The notes beneath the pieces are model-generated. The model was not told the origin of the DNA. It searched no databases and worked only from the letters and a program-made list of their open reading frames with translations. From assembly GCA_907165135.1 (NCBI GenBank), contig OU015567.1, positions 13,764,001 through 13,828,000 on the forward strand: a DNA stretch of 64,000 nucleotides, given 5' to 3'. Both the position numbers and the translations under genes were made by a program. The stretch's first letter is position 1. Each line of letters begins with the position of its first letter. Below are positions 63,035-64,000 of the stretch, piece by piece. The DNA comes from Oikopleura dioica (taxonomy: Eukaryota > Animalia > Chordata).

Positions 63035-63067
63035 TTTATATAATTTAATACAAAAAGTGCAAAAGAA

Positions 63068-63141
63068 TGGCCAGTACGGGGATCGAACCCGCGACATTCG
63101 CGTTATTAGCACGACGCTCTAACCAACTGAGCTAACCGGCC
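63068..63141 (-). tRNA. tRNA-Ile(AAT): tRNA-Ile (anticodon AAT)
   Basis: GGCCGGTTAGCTCAGTTGGTTAGAGC-GTCGTG-CT-AAT-AA-CGCGA-ATGTCGCGGGTTCGATCCCCGTACTGGCCA forms a cloverleaf with A and B boxes; a T-run follows downstream. Confidence 0.97.
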
Positions 63142-63543
63142 CTGATGAAGCAGACAAATCTAATTAATTAAATATCGACCTTGGATCAAAACACCGATTA
63201 TTTTCGCTCGAATCCCTAGGAGCGCCACCACTACGAATACCAAGCATTTCGATTGGCTGTGCTCGAAAATTGTCGCCAAATATGGCGACATTTTTATAAA
63301 GACTTCAAGGTAGGCTCAGAGGTAGGTTTGTCATTTTGTGTGGTATATCTACAGCTAGTATTTATTCTACGTAAACTTTGAAGAAAGAACTTGAAAAAAG
63401 CGCAGCAAAATTAATTTTATTCATCCTTGTTTTTCTTTCTCAGCCTTGTTTGAAGCTTGAGTACGCTTGCTCTCAATCGCTCGAGTTTTTCGTTCATCTG
63501 TCGCATCACTTCTTTTGGCTCCTCGTTTTCATCCTCCTTGGTT

Positions 63544-64000
63544 TCAATTATGAGCAGTTTGAAGGTGGACTGAGTCTGTTACCTTTTCTTTGGCAGTAGC
63601 AACTTCGACTTTTTCGAAGTCAATCAGGTTGTTGATCAAGGAATCAATCGTGTTGTGCTTTAGCGAGTTGATGGAGTTCTTCGCGTCTGAGTCTTTTCCT
63701 GTCGGAGGATATACTTTCAGCTAAAGAAAGAGAGCGCTAGAAATAATTGGTACGCTCAAGAATCTCACCGGAAATTGCCTCAAATTTACAGCGTGATCGC
63801 CAGGTATACGAGGCCAGCAAACAATCGTCGTTCGCCTGCTCTTCTTTTCGCCAAACGAGAAACGAATGTACTTGATCAACAATAAGACATGGTAGACGAG
63901 AATTAGTGGCGTTGGGATCGGGTCCTTTCCCCAGTAGTCCATGACGAGATCAAATCTGTTGAGTTTCCAGATCTTGTCCGAGTCTTCTTGGACCTGCTCG
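63544..64000 (-). CDS. TRPM: 3' end of a TRPM-like cation channel (partial)
   Basis: EQVQEDSDKIWKLNRFDLVMDYWGKDPIPTPLILVYH resembles the TRPM TRP helix (VQ.NSD.FWKFQRY.LI.EY...P..PP.I). Confidence 0.75.

Overview
Gene-dense eukaryotic DNA with very short introns (about 35-70 nt), operon-like runs of same-strand genes and non-canonical GA-AG/GC-AG introns. These traits point to the appendicularian tunicate Oikopleura (inferred, not proven). In order, the window holds: an ADAMTS protease with long 5' introns, a fibrinogen-like chain, PQLC2, GMP synthase, an LU/Ly6-like protein, PHTF, a three-layer transposon nest, a long + strand run (HERPUD, PFDN6, MRE11-like, two LisH-C2H2 genes, an F-box-like gene, LENG8, Pygopus, DYNC1LI, EIF2B1, Rotatin), a 5S rRNA gene, ATF2/7, a C2H2 gene, a class A GPCR, ABHD14-like, tRNA-Ile(AAT) and the 3' end of a TRPM channel. 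Three observations stand out. (1) A 1628-bp Mutator-like element with identical 372-bp TIRs, a 9-bp TSD and a captured host-gene fragment sits inside a coding exon of an otherwise intact GMP synthase; its TSD geometry would let it be removed exactly as a GG-AG intron. (2) An MRE11 paralogue has all five metal-binding nuclease motifs substituted and carries an SQ/TQ-rich N-terminal extension. (3) Tandem LisH plus C2H2 zinc-finger genes. All exon structures and family calls were made by hand and from recalled family motifs; no database search was run.
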